Part shown: in pieces, positions 19,406-28,314 of the stretch | Numbering within the stretch: position 1 is the first letter of the stretch | Layout of the letters: the number at the start of each line of letters is the position of its first letter | From: Actinomycetota bacterium | GTDB lineage: Bacteria > Actinomycetota > UBA4738 > HRBIN12 | Length of the DNA stretch: 64,000 nucleotides | Direction of reading: 5' to 3' | Assembly: GCA_036505195.1 (NCBI GenBank) | Contig: DASXTX010000052.1 | Location: forward strand, 1,272 to 65,271 | Program-made: the position numbers and the translations under genes | Notes under the pieces: model-generated | Database searches by the model: none | Told to the model about the DNA's origin: nothing | Seen by the model: the letters and a program-made list of their open reading frames with translations, nothing else

Positions 19406-19855
19406 ATGACCGAACTTCGGGCCGGTAGGTCGATCTCGATCGACGCACCGATCGACGACGTCTGGAAGGCGATCACGACCCCCGAGCTGATCAAGCGCTG
19501 GTTCTTCGGCGTGGAGACGGAGACCGACTGGAAGCCCGGGAGCGCGCTGATCCATCGGGGCGAGTGGCAGGGCAAGCCGTACGAGGACCGGGGGACGATC
19601 CTGAAGATCGAGCCGCCCACCCTCCTCGTCCACGATCACTGGAGCGAGGTCTCCGGCCTTCCGGACGAGCCCGAGAACTACCAGGAGGTCACCTGGGCGC
19701 TGTCGGAACGCGGCGCGACGACGGAGCTGACGGTCGCCGAACGCAACCTCCCCTCGGAGGAGGCGAGGGACGCATCGGAGCAGGGCTGGGAGACGGCCTT
19801 AGGCGGCTTGAAGGAGATGCTGGAGCGGGAGGGCCGCCGGGCGCGGGCCTCCTGA
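19406..19855 (+). CDS. SRPBCC / Aha1-domain protein
   Basis: Start set at MTELRAGRSI (ATG 19406, GAAGAGG upstream). ..IDAPIDDVWKAITTPELIKRWF... is typical of the AHSA1/SRPBCC family. Confidence 0.65.
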   Translation: MTELRAGRSISIDAPIDDVWKAITTPELIKRWFFGVETETDWKPGSALIHRGEWQGKPYEDRGTILKIEPPTLLVHDHWSEVSGLPDEPENYQEVTWALSERGATTELTVAERNLPSEEARDASEQGWETALGGLKEMLEREGRRARAS

Positions 19856-19874
19856 GATCGGCGCGGGAGCCTCG

Positions 19875-20264
19875 GTGCCCCGCGTCCGCGGGGACGTGGC
19901 GACCGAGGACGGGCCGATGGTGACGATCGACGACGTGCGAGCGTTCGCGATGACCCTGCCGCGCACGACCGAGGCGCTCGTGCGGGACCGGGTCAAGTTC
20001 CGCGTCGGCCGGATCGTCTTCGTGGCCTTCTCGCGCGACGAGACCGAGATGGGCTTCGGGTTCCCGAAGGAGGAGCGCGAGGCGCTGGTCCGCTCCGAGC
20101 CGGACAAGTTCATGCTGCCGGGCAGGGGCGACCTGCGGTACCACTGGGTCGAGTGCCGGCTCGCGGCGCTCGACGAGACCGAGATGCGCGAACTCGTCCT
20201 CGACGCCTGGAGGATGTGCGTCCCCAAGAAGGTGGCCGCCGACTACGACGGCGGGCACTCTTGA
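19875..20264 (+). CDS. MmcQ/YjbR-family protein
   Basis: 129-aa ORF: ..IDDVRAFAMTLPRTTEALVRDRVKFRVGRIVFVAF.. resembles YjbR-like proteins. The start could be the internal MVTIDD. Confidence 0.6.
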   Translation: MPRVRGDVATEDGPMVTIDDVRAFAMTLPRTTEALVRDRVKFRVGRIVFVAFSRDETEMGFGFPKEEREALVRSEPDKFMLPGRGDLRYHWVECRLAALDETEMRELVLDAWRMCVPKKVAADYDGGHS

Positions 20265-20326
20265 GGCTCGGATCCGCCGAGCTTCTTTGGATGGCCGTCG
20301 CATGCCGGTCCCTGTAGCGTTCGCGG

Positions 20327-21160
20327 ATGGACGTCGCTCTCCCCGCTGCGTTCGAACGGTTCCCCCGCCACCGAGCCAAGGCCGAGGCCGCGTGTCGAGC
20401 CGCGCTCGCCGATCCCGACGTCGTGGGGATGGTCGTGACCGGGTCGTTCGCGACCGGAGAAGCGGACGATCTCTCCGACGTCGACCTTCGCGTCTATGTC
20501 CGGCCCGAGGCCGTGGAGGGCGTCGTCGCTCGCATCCCGGACCTCGCCGCCGTCGGGGGACGCGTGGTGGCGCTCTTCGTCGCCGAGCACCTCGGCATCC
20601 CCACCCTCACGATCGTGCTCTACGACGACCTCGTGCACGTGGACTTCGACGTCGTCGCGGCGGACCGGGCGGCCGAGCACAACGACGGACTGCCGGCCGT
20701 CGTGCTGTGGGAGCGCGAGCCGATCTCCGACGCCCTTCCCGGAACCTACGCCCCGGAGGTCGCCGCCGGTGTTCGATGGTTGGAGGCTCGGATCTGGACG
20801 TGGTCCTGGTACATCCAGTCGAAGGTCCTGCGCGGCGAGCTCTACGAAGCCCTGGACGGGCTCCAGTACGTGCGCGACCGGGTGCTGTTCCGTCTGCTGG
20901 CGTTCCACGGTGAACGCCGGCCAGCGGGTGGACGGCGAGCGGAGGCGGTCGTCGGGGATCACGGTGATGCCTTCGCGCGAACGGTTCCGAAGTCGCTGGA
21001 CCCGGCGTCGGTGTTGGCCGCCCTTCGTGAGGAGATCGAGCTGTATCGCCGGCTTGCGGACCCGCTCCTCGAACGGCACGGGGTCGACACCGCCGAGGCG
21101 CGCACGGTCGTCCTCCAGGCCCTCGGCCTCGGCATGGACTGGACACCGCGTTCGACGTGA
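20327..21160 (+). CDS. nucleotidyltransferase-domain protein (aminoglycoside-NT-like fold)
   Basis: 277-aa ORF with GMVVTGSFATGEADDLSDVDLRVYV (G-S-x10-D-x-D minimal NTase motif). Confidence 0.6.
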   Translation: MDVALPAAFERFPRHRAKAEAACRAALADPDVVGMVVTGSFATGEADDLSDVDLRVYVRPEAVEGVVARIPDLAAVGGRVVALFVAEHLGIPTLTIVLYDDLVHVDFDVVAADRAAEHNDGLPAVVLWEREPISDALPGTYAPEVAAGVRWLEARIWTWSWYIQSKVLRGELYEALDGLQYVRDRVLFRLLAFHGERRPAGGRRAEAVVGDHGDAFARTVPKSLDPASVLAALREEIELYRRLADPLLERHGVDTAEARTVVLQALGLGMDWTPRST

Positions 21161-21196
21161 GACCGTGAGCGGGATGCCGCAGGAGCGCACATCCCG

Positions 21197-21827
21197 ATGA
21201 TCAGGCCCCTGACGCGCCGAACGCTCCTGAGCGCGGCCCGCGCGTTGGCGATCGCCGACCCCGCGCTGGCCCGCCTCGGTCGAATGCTTCGGCCCTCCTC
21301 CGCTCTGGGCGCGCGAACCCTCGTTCGCCACGCTCACCCACCTGATCCTGGAACAGCAGGTGTCGCTGGCGTCGGCGCGAGCGGCGTTCGACCGGCTCGA
21401 GGTGGCGCTCGCCGGCGGCATCGAGCCGGCGATGTTCCTCGAGCTGTCGGACGCCGAACTCCGTGCGATCGGGTTCAGCCGCCAGAAGGCGGGCTACGCG
21501 AGGGACCTCGCGACCGGGCTCGCCGACGGGTTCGACCTCGAGGGGTTGGCCGACCTGCCGGACGAGGAAGTCCGCTCGAGCCTGATGCGGCTCCGCGGCA
21601 TCGGTCGCTGGACGGCCGACATCTACCTGATCATGTGCCTGCGCCGCCCCGACGTGTGGCCGCACGGCGACCAGGCCCTCGCGACCGCGGCGCGCGAGCT
21701 CCTCGAGCTGCCGGCTCAGCCGACGTTCGAGGCGCTCGAGATCCGGGCCCGGTCCTGGCGCCCGCACCGAGCGACCGCGGCGAGGATCCTGTGGCACCAC
21801 TACCTGTCGGTGCGCGGCCGCGCCTGA
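21197..21827 (+). pseudogene. DNA-3-methyladenine glycosylase II (AlkA-like, HhH-GPD), interrupted by a +1 frameshift near 21278
   Basis: The N-terminus MIRPLTRRTLLSAARALAIADPALARL is in the 21197 frame. The rest (VECFGPPPLWAREPSFATLTHLILEQQVSLASA..LRGIGRWTADIYL..) is in the 21360-21827 frame. Removing one G of the GG at 21278-21279 joins them. Confidence 0.65.
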
Positions 21828-21837
21828 GGTCGGGCCG

Positions 21838-22335
21838 CTACCGCGCGGCTCGGCGGGCGGCCTTGTCCCTGCGGACGGTCGTCCCGACGACGAGCGCCGC
21901 CGCGATCAGCACGAGGTTCTTCACGACGAACTCGCCTTCGACCGTGAGCAGGAGCGGGTTCCCGTCTCGGAACGTCACGTCCGGCAGCACGATGAAGGTC
22001 AGGAACGTCCCCAGCATCTGCAGCAGGAACAGGAACAGCGTGATTCGGAGCGCCCGGCCGAGCAGCAGGAGCACCCCCACGGTGACCTCGAACGCCCCGA
22101 GCACCGGCACGATGATGTCGGGATCGACCCAGTAGACGGTCCTCGCGACCAGCTCGGAGACCGGGGAGACCTCGAAGATCTTGAGCAGCCCGAACCACAC
22201 GAACACGACGCCGAGCGAGACGCGGAGCATCGGCACCGCGACGCGCCGCAGGAACGGGATCACGACCCGGTCGACGCGTGCGACCCACGACCAGGCCGTG
22301 CGGGTCAGGTTCGTCGTCGGGTTCGCCGATGCCAC
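21838..22335 (-). CDS. DUF417/YkgB-like (DoxX-superfamily) membrane protein
   Basis: 165-aa ORF with four hydrophobic segments and RVSLGVVFVWFGLLKIFE, resembling DUF417. Confidence 0.5.
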   Translation of the reverse strand: MASANPTTNLTRTAWSWVARVDRVVIPFLRRVAVPMLRVSLGVVFVWFGLLKIFEVSPVSELVARTVYWVDPDIIVPVLGAFEVTVGVLLLLGRALRITLFLFLLQMLGTFLTFIVLPDVTFRDGNPLLLTVEGEFVVKNLVLIAAALVVGTTVRRDKAARRAAR

Positions 22336-22395
22336 GGTGGCCTCCGTCGGTTCGAGCGCTCCTCCACCTTACGGACGTGAGCGGGAAACGAGGGG

Positions 22396-23217
22396 CTATT
22401 TGGTGATCAGGACCGGCGTGCCGAGCGGCACGTCGAGCAGCGACCTCAGATCGTCGTTGAAAACGCGGACGCAGCCGTGCGATACGGCGTTGCCGAGGTC
22501 GCTCGGGCTCGAGGTCCCGTGGATCGCCATCCGGCCGCCGCCCGGCCACTCGGAGAGCACCGGCGAGAAGCCCGACAGGCCGAGGGCCCCGATCCCGTAG
22601 GGCTGGTACCGGCTCGCGTAGCGGACCTTGACCCACACGTAGAAGGTGCCTGTGCCGGTGGGGGTAGCGTCGGTGCCGACGCCGACCCTGAAATGCTTCT
22701 TCAAATCGTCGTGAACGTAGTAGCGGAGCGTCCTGTCCGACAGGTCGACCTCGATCCGCTGATCGATCCGGCGAAGCGAGACGTCGCGCTCGCGCACCCA
22801 TGCGGCGGAGCCGTTCGGTCGCAGAGGGAGGAGCACCCGGTACCAGGCTTCCCCGGCCCGCCGTTTCGCGTCCTCGATCAACATAGGGGAGGTCGAACCG
22901 GAAGGGTTCCGCGTGACGAGCCGGAACTCCGCGTGCTCGTTCTTCGGGTGCTCCCACAGCGGGATCACGCGCTCGGCCGGGACCGCCAGGACGTCGACGC
23001 CCTCGGGAAGGAGCGGCGGCTTGGGTTCGGGAACGTGGACGCTCTTCGGCCCGCTCGGGATCGAGATCGGCTCGTCGGTGGCGGCGACGTCGGCCGAGCT
23101 CGGGCTGCAGGCGGCCAGTACCAAGCAGGCGGCCAGGGCGAGGAGGAGCTTGCGGATCACCCCTGGAGCATCCCAGCCCCGGCAATCCCACGGGCCGAAC
23201 CCCGTATCCCGCCTCAT
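22396..23217 (-). CDS. L,D-transpeptidase (YkuD domain) lipoprotein
   Basis: C-terminal MAIHGTSSPSDLGNAVSHGCVRV catalytic motif. Start set at MRRDTG (ATG 23217), followed by lipobox LVLAAC. The longer track ORF (to 23532) would run across the tRNA fragment and is rejected. Confidence 0.75.
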   Translation of the reverse strand: MRRDTGFGPWDCRGWDAPGVIRKLLLALAACLVLAACSPSSADVAATDEPISIPSGPKSVHVPEPKPPLLPEGVDVLAVPAERVIPLWEHPKNEHAEFRLVTRNPSGSTSPMLIEDAKRRAGEAWYRVLLPLRPNGSAAWVRERDVSLRRIDQRIEVDLSDRTLRYYVHDDLKKHFRVGVGTDATPTGTGTFYVWVKVRYASRYQPYGIGALGLSGFSPVLSEWPGGGRMAIHGTSSPSDLGNAVSHGCVRVFNDDLRSLLDVPLGTPVLITK

Positions 23218-23405
23218 GAGGACCCCATCCCCCTGGCGTCGGCGCGCCCGACGGCCGCCTTGAGCGAGCCGGACCGCCGATCGTCGCAGGGCTCGTCGAA
23301 CGCCGTCGCGCGCGGGCTGAGTGGGCCTGCCGCCCTGACCCTCGTTCCGTTCCGCTCGCTCCCGGCCCCTCCCCCACCGTCTACGCTGATGAGCGTTCGA
23401 CCATC

Positions 23406-23443
23406 GCGAGAGTGGCGGAACGGCAGACGCGCCGGACTTAGGA
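23406..23443 (+). pseudogene. 5' half of tRNA-Leu(TAG), acceptor 5' strand through the anticodon loop; left junction (attL-like) of the island
   Basis: gcgagagtggcggaacggcagacgcgccggacttagga is identical to 46527-46564 of the intact tRNA-Leu, and about 14 nt of upstream flank also match. Identity stops after CTTAGGA. Confidence 0.85.
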
Positions 23444-23510
23444 GCACCAACTCCACGTCCTGCGCAAAAGCGCACAGCCTCAAACCGCAGCCTACTGCTA
23501 CGGGCGGCTA
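23432..23510 (+). repeat. cassette-boundary repeat R1 (fused to the tRNA-Leu 5' half)
   Basis: CCGGACTTAGGAGCACCAACTCCACGTCCTGCGCAAAAGCGCACAGCC...CTACTGCTACGGGCGG. Confidence 0.85.
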
Positions 23511-23596
23511 GCGAGAACCTCGAGGGTCGCACTCAGTCAGTTCCTTCCCAACCTGATTCGAAGTCCGCTCTCTCGTTGCCATGTCATCAACTCTCG

Positions 23597-24082
23597 CTAC
23601 GCGGCCTCCTGAGGCAGTTTGGCGTTGAGCTCGCTGGCGATGTTGTCCGCCCTCACCCGCAGGTTCAGCCACTTCGCCAGATTCGATTTCTGCAGTGCGT
23701 TCAACCGGATGACTCGCCCGCCCTTGGTGACGACGACTATGCCGAAGTAGCCGTAGCTCGAATCGAAGCGCTCGATTTCTGACCACGCCAGACGATGGGT
23801 GGAGAAGTAGTTCACGACCGTGAGTCCCATGTCGTCCGCAATCACTCGGAGCTGAGACTGTCGCCACATGAAGGCCGCGAAACCTCCACTCATCAAGGCC
23901 AGGATTAACCATTCGGCAGCCTCGTCCAGCGAGCCTCGGAAGAGGGACACCGCCGACGTGGCGAGAGCGACGAGCGAGAGGCCGCCCGAAGCGACCGCCA
24001 CCACGAGCGAGCAGATAATGAAGACCAACCGTGGTCGGTAAACCACACCGAACTCCCTATCTCTGCTACGAAGCTTCGGCAC
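23597..24082 (-). CDS. cassette 1: membrane protein with bacterial PH-like domain
   Basis: 161-aa ORF with two N-terminal TM segments, then ..GLTVVNYFSTHRLAWSEIERFDSS..GIVVVTKGGRVIRLNAL.., resembling bacterial PH-domain proteins. Confidence 0.5.
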   Translation of the reverse strand: MPKLRSRDREFGVVYRPRLVFIICSLVVAVASGGLSLVALATSAVSLFRGSLDEAAEWLILALMSGGFAAFMWRQSQLRVIADDMGLTVVNYFSTHRLAWSEIERFDSSYGYFGIVVVTKGGRVIRLNALQKSNLAKWLNLRVRADNIASELNAKLPQEAA

Positions 24083-24169
24083 GGTCTCTCATCGGCTGTA
24101 GCTCGTGACAAGGGGCCTCGCGCAGGCAGGAAGACGACTAGGGGCGCTTTTGCATCGCGCACACACACA

Positions 24170-24250
24170 CCGGACTTAGGAGCGCCAACTCCACGTCCTG
24201 CGCAAGGCGCACATCCTCGACCGAAAGCGTACTGCGACGGGCAGCGTCAG
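24170..24250 (+). repeat. cassette-boundary repeat R2
   Basis: CCGGACTTAGGAGCGCCAACTCCACGTCCTGCGCAAGGCGCACATCC...GCGTACTGCGACGGGCAGCGTCAG. Confidence 0.85.
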
Positions 24251-24345
24251 CACATCTCGGATACCCAGGTCGTATCCACAGGAGCACTGGCGTCCTGCGA
24301 GGCCCTCGTCGACCATCTGCTTCGTGACACCAACAACCCCCACAT

Positions 24346-24945
24346 ATGCCCTTGAAGACACTTGGCTGTCCATCGCCCGATAAGCTGGGCGGGTGGCCGT
24401 CGACACATGTGCGTCGCGTCCTGTGCACGCCCGGGGGTGAGATTTCGGTGGCTCAAGCAATCTTCGTTCCCTTCACCTGGCCGAAGCGCTTGGCTCAGAA
24501 CAACACAAGCGGTTCCAAACTCGTTGAACCAGCAGTGCTCAAGGCGCTACGTATCTCGAACAGCTTGCTCAAGACGGAGCGGCCCGATGGCACACCAGAG
24601 AGAAAGGCCGACGGGAGCGTCGGCCAAGCCGAAATTGAAATCTACGCGCCGCGTCCGGACGCGAAGAATCCGAACCTTCTCAATCGTGCGGACGAGAAGA
24701 ACGGACGCATCCGAGTCAAGTCGGGCATCGACCCGAACTACCGGTGCATCATCATCGCCCTGTTGCTTTCCCAGAGTCAGATTGACAGGTTGAAAGTAGA
24801 GACGAGTCCGGATGAGGTCGTCTTTGGGCTTTGGAACGGAAGCTCTCGCTATTCGCTCAGCCTTCACGACGGGACCCCCCTGACTCGTCCGGTCTGGGAC
24901 CAGTTCCTGAAGAATCAGCCGCCAGCTCGTAAGAGCCGCTTCTGA
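24346..24945 (+). CDS. cassette 2: hypothetical protein
   Basis: 199-aa ORF that fills the cassette. No motif recognised. Start uncertain. Confidence 0.45.
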   Translation: MPLKTLGCPSPDKLGGWPSTHVRRVLCTPGGEISVAQAIFVPFTWPKRLAQNNTSGSKLVEPAVLKALRISNSLLKTERPDGTPERKADGSVGQAEIEIYAPRPDAKNPNLLNRADEKNGRIRVKSGIDPNYRCIIIALLLSQSQIDRLKVETSPDEVVFGLWNGSSRYSLSLHDGTPLTRPVWDQFLKNQPPARKSRF

Positions 24946-24988
24946 CACACACCAGACAGCCGCTGGTTCGATTCCACGAAGTTCGGAC

Positions 24989-25064
24989 ACCGGACTTAGG
25001 AGCACCAACTCCACGTCCTGCGCGAAGCGCACAGCCTTTCGCTTGAAGCGTACTGCGACGGGCA
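24989..25064 (+). repeat. cassette-boundary repeat R3
   Basis: CCGGACTTAGGAGCACCAACTCCACGTCCTGCGCGAAGCGCACAGCC...GCGTACTGCGACGGGCAG. Confidence 0.85.
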
Positions 25065-25128
25065 GGTTCGGAGAAGGGCCCAAGGTCAGGCTCTGTCGCT
25101 AGGTGGCCTCCGACGACTGAAGTCGAGC

Positions 25129-25935
25129 TCAGGAAATGCTGCGACCATCCTCGGCGTCACTGGGCGCGTCGACGGTCCCGGGTCTGGATGGCATCACTCT
25201 TGGCGCTTGCCCGTAGTGTTCCACCGCCTGTTCGACGGCTGAGGCGAACTCGTGGAGGTCAGCCACGAGTAGCCTCGAGAAGAGGGTCTCGCTCGAGGGT
25301 GTGTTTGAGTACGCGTCGGCCGACTTGATGTGCGCGATGTCATCCCGAAGGTCCTTCAGCTCAGCCACCCGCTGCCATACCTCAGCTCTCGCCGTCTCAA
25401 GGCTCTCCTTGCCAAGCGCCGCGGGCAAGGCGACGGTCAGCCGTAACTTGATGCCACGCTGCTCGAGGTCATCACGGGAAAGCGTCTGGCCCTTCCACGA
25501 GACGGTGAGCCCCTCCGGCATCGACTCGTTCGCGTAACTGTCCAGCGCCGCATGCAGCAAGAGCACGGCGGCCATGGCCTCCTCGAAGAAGTCGAGAACG
25601 GCCTGGTCGCTCGTAAAGCGACGGTCCATGAAGGGCTTGATGAACCCTCTTTCCGTTGTCTGGCTTGGCAGCTGGAGCTGAAGGCGCATGGCACGCTTCA
25701 CGCGGGGGCTCGCGGCCGACATGAGCAGACGGGCCGGACTGGGCGCGACGAAACCCACCCGACCGAGTTCGGGATGGGTGACCACCTGGACAACCTGTAT
25801 CTCTTCACCGGCTTCGTGAGCTGGCTGACCCTGCGGCCCAGGCGGTACGTCCTTGGTGATGGTTGTGGACCAACGCCTTCGTCGGTCACCGACCCGCTTG
25901 CCGTTTTTCTTGGTTCGTCGTCTGCGACTTGACAA
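25129..25935 (-). CDS. cassette 3: hypothetical protein with a possible HEPN-type R-x4-H motif
   Basis: 268-aa ORF with a basic N-terminus. The helical C-terminal half contains LKDLRDDIAHIK (R-D-x3-H). Confidence 0.5.
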   Translation of the reverse strand: MSSRRRRTKKNGKRVGDRRRRWSTTITKDVPPGPQGQPAHEAGEEIQVVQVVTHPELGRVGFVAPSPARLLMSAASPRVKRAMRLQLQLPSQTTERGFIKPFMDRRFTSDQAVLDFFEEAMAAVLLLHAALDSYANESMPEGLTVSWKGQTLSRDDLEQRGIKLRLTVALPAALGKESLETARAEVWQRVAELKDLRDDIAHIKSADAYSNTPSSETLFSRLLVADLHEFASAVEQAVEHYGQAPRVMPSRPGTVDAPSDAEDGRSIS

Positions 25936-26041
25936 GCCGTCCCTCTCACGTCTGGGGTCTGCCGGTCGGGCCTGGGACCCCGTGACCTAGTCAGCGCCGT
26001 CCCGGACTGTTCGCAGCGCCGCGGCGATGTCATCGGGCTCA

Positions 26042-26123
26042 TCGGACTTAGGAGCACCAACTCCACGTCCTGCGCAAGGCGCACAGCCTGTGGCTGGCAG
26101 CGTACCGCGACGGGCAGCGTCAG
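26042..26123 (+). repeat. cassette-boundary repeat R4
   Basis: TCGGACTTAGGAGCACCAACTCCACGTCCTGCGCAAGGCGCACAGCCTGTGGCTGGCAGCGTACCGCGACGGGCAGCGTCAG. Confidence 0.85.
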
Positions 26124-26211
26124 ACGACGGCCGAAGGTCTGCGGCTGCACGCATACCTCGCGCGCGGCTGATGCCGCAAGCACACAAGTAGGGAGTGGAG
26201 TAAGGGGTGGG

Positions 26212-26552
26212 CTACCGCTCGTTGCCGTTCGGCTCCTTCAGCCTGGCGAAGGCTTCAGCTATTTCGGTGCCCAGGTCCCGGACGATGGTCGACGACCCCT
26301 CCTCCACGAGTCGCATGAGGACGAGCACCCCCTCTTGGGCGGCGTCAGAAGGCCGGAGCCAGCGAGGTCGCAGACGGATTCCGATGAGTGCGGCAAGCAC
26401 CCAGTAGGCGTCTACAAGCTCTCGGACCGCGGCTTCTTCTCCATCCCGAGCCCTGCCGATAGTGCCACAACGTCTCCGTCGAAGTTGAGGGCGAGCTTCG
26501 TGCCCTCCACGAGCGCCTCGACGAACTCGGATTCGGAGTTCTCCGGTCCCAT
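26212..26552 (-). CDS. cassette 4: two short adjacent ORFs (46 aa at 26412-26552 and 62 aa at 26212-26400), possibly one frameshifted gene
   Basis: MGPENSESEFVEALVEGTKLALNFDGDVVALSAGLGMEKK.. is followed in another frame by ..AVRELVDAYWVLAALIGIRL..LMRLVEEGSSTIVRDLGTEIAEAFARLKEP. Both read like real protein sequence. Confidence 0.3.
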
Positions 26553-26648
26553 CACGTCACCTTACGAGTCGCGGACGAGCGCCTGCGAGTCGTACTGCGA
26601 TGGGTGGTGCTGACCAACGGCACGACGCTTCAAGAGGCCGCGGAAGCA

Positions 26649-26760
26649 CCGGACTTAGGAGCACCAACTCCACATCCTGCGCGAAGCGCACAGCCTTCGG
26701 CTGCAAGCCTACTGCGACGGGCGGCTCACTTGCATCCGCCGACGCGACGGGCAGCGTCAG
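26649..26760 (+). repeat. cassette-boundary repeat R5 (right end duplicated)
   Basis: CCGGACTTAGGAGCACCAACTCCACATCCTGCGCGAAGCGCACAGCCTTCGGCTGCAAGCCTACTGCGACGGGCGG...GACGCGACGGGCAGCGTCAG. Confidence 0.85.
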
Positions 26761-26824
26761 GCATCGGCCAACAGGTCACGGAAGCATGAGGCTCACTGTG
26801 AGCTCGGGTCTCTAGAATCGCGCC

Positions 26825-27163
26825 GTGTCAGGCTCAGTGTCTCCTCGGTGGCTACCAATCACGTACCGCGACTTTTACGACATCCCTCGCGCTGTGCTCG
26901 TCCAGTACGAGGGAGAGACCTACCTACTCGACTGCCCCTTCAATGAGCAGGCCGACGAGTACCCAGACGAGTACCCAGATGACTTCGCCGTGTACCGACT
27001 GACGCGGGAGGTTTCCGAGGCTGCTCGACGGCCAACCTCGTCATGGGTCAATCTCAGGGAGGAAGGAACTCTCCTAGGGCGGGTCCCCGTGAAGCTGGTC
27101 CGATTCGATGAGTCGAGGCGCCGCTTCCTTGACTCGGAGGTCTTCGCACTCCTGGACGAGTGA
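26825..27163 (+). CDS. cassette 5, gene 1: hypothetical protein
   Basis: 112-aa ORF with acidic EYPDEYPDD repeats. No family recognised. Confidence 0.45.
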   Translation: MSGSVSPRWLPITYRDFYDIPRAVLVQYEGETYLLDCPFNEQADEYPDEYPDDFAVYRLTREVSEAARRPTSSWVNLREEGTLLGRVPVKLVRFDESRRRFLDSEVFALLDE

Positions 27164-27224
27164 GCTCATTCTGGGCGTCAAGCATCCCCCGAAGGGTCTG
27201 CCTGGTCTGTACCGTTTCTGAGGG

Positions 27225-27662
27225 ATGGGGGCCCAGGAGCATCGGCCGGGCATCACTTGGAAGGCCTTGGCCGCGACGGAGGAGGCGAGCCTTAGCCTCC
27301 CGGGCTCGACCTTTGTAGATGAGGAGCATCACGACGAAGGCGAGGGGTGGGGCTTCGACGCCAGCCAGCTGAGCGCCATGCTCTTTCGCAGTTATGGAGT
27401 GGATGCTCAGCCGAACGAAATCATGAGCTGGTTTGAGGAACAGCTCACCCTGCGGGGATGGGCGCCCAAAGGTGGCGAGCCATTCAAGCCCGGGGTCTCC
27501 ATCGGGTACAGGTCCTACTCTCGGGAACGGCGCAACTTCTTCCTGAGGGTGTGCGGGCGGGCCGAGGAACGGCCCCCTTGGACCTACTGGCGTTCTTCTT
27601 GGAACGAACTGGGAACCCACTACGACATCACGCTCTCAGAGGCCTCGGCCGACGACGCATAG
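27225..27662 (+). CDS. cassette 5, gene 2: hypothetical protein
   Basis: 145-aa ORF, same strand as gene 1. No family recognised. Confidence 0.45.
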   Translation: MGAQEHRPGITWKALAATEEASLSLPGSTFVDEEHHDEGEGWGFDASQLSAMLFRSYGVDAQPNEIMSWFEEQLTLRGWAPKGGEPFKPGVSIGYRSYSRERRNFFLRVCGRAEERPPWTYWRSSWNELGTHYDITLSEASADDA

Positions 27663-27700
27663 GGCCAGAGGTTCATCGAGGAGAAGCCAGGGGACGAGCA

Positions 27701-27775
27701 CCAGACTTAGGAGCACCAACTCCACGTCCTGCGCAAGGCGCACAGCCTTGGGCGTCGATGCTACGCGACGGGCGG
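27701..27775 (+). repeat. cassette-boundary repeat R6
   Basis: CCAGACTTAGGAGCACCAACTCCACGTCCTGCGCAAGGCGCACAGCC...GCTACGCGACGGGCGG. Confidence 0.85.
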
Positions 27776-27816
27776 ACCCACCACAGGCGGATGAGCGCCG
27801 AACGCCGCAGTGCGTG

Positions 27817-28092
27817 TCAGCCCCGTCTGTCCTGGCGGCGCTCCTTGCGGCGTCGGTGACGACGCATGACACCTACCCCGAACCAGACCAACGCCCCCAG
27901 GAACGCGGAGGCCAGCGTCAGCAACCAGAGCGGCCAGGTGAAGCCCCAGAACAGGAAGTCGAGGCGGACGCTCTCGGTGTTCTGGAACATGAAGATGAGC
28001 AGCAGGCCCACTCCGGTAAGCGACGCGATGGCGCCAGCCCCGAGCCCACGTGCTTGGGCCTGGGAGCCGCTGGTATTGGGACCCTCGCGCAT
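27817..28092 (-). CDS. cassette 6: small LapA-domain (DUF1049-like) membrane protein
   Basis: Start set at MREGPN (28092). ..SVRLDFLFWGFTWPLWLLTLASAFLGALVWFGVGVMRRHRRRKERR is typical of LapA-domain proteins. Confidence 0.55.
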   Translation of the reverse strand: MREGPNTSGSQAQARGLGAGAIASLTGVGLLLIFMFQNTESVRLDFLFWGFTWPLWLLTLASAFLGALVWFGVGVMRRHRRRKERRQDRRG

Positions 28093-28190
28093 GACCACTC
28101 CCCCTTTTGGTGAGTCACGGCCGAGCCCGACTTTACGCCAGCGATTCCCGGTGGAGGAGAGGTAGCATTGCTCTGGAACCGTCCCGTGCA

Positions 28191-28265
28191 CCGGGCTTAG
28201 GAGCACTGCTCAGTGTCCGGCAAGGCGCACTTCCTAGTTCAGACCCTACTGGGAGTGGCAGCGAC
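28191..28265 (+). repeat. cassette-boundary repeat R7 (degenerate)
   Basis: CCGGGCTTAGGAGCACTGCTCAGTGTCCGGCAAGGCGCACTTCC...CTACTGGGAGTGGCAGCGAC. Confidence 0.65.
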
Positions 28266-28314
28266 AGCCGCAGCTAGAGTGGACTCGGTGGGTCGGCTGG
28301 GGTAAGTCTATGAC

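Noticed and set aside
23444-23510. The tRNA-Leu 5' half plus repeat R1 forming a chimeric functional tRNA
   Set aside because: No CTCTCGC acceptor 3' strand or T-loop consensus follows in R1. The two hairpins only mimic the positions of the variable and T arms.
22396-23532. Full 378-aa version of the L,D-transpeptidase ORF
   Set aside because: The N-terminal 105 codons are Arg-rich, run across the tRNA-Leu 5' half and repeat R1, and precede a good Met plus lipobox at 23217.
24964-24974. GGTTCGATTCC T-loop-like sequence just left of repeat R3 as another tRNA
   Set aside because: No matching T stem beyond 3 bp, and no acceptor, D or anticodon arms around it. It is at most a relic.
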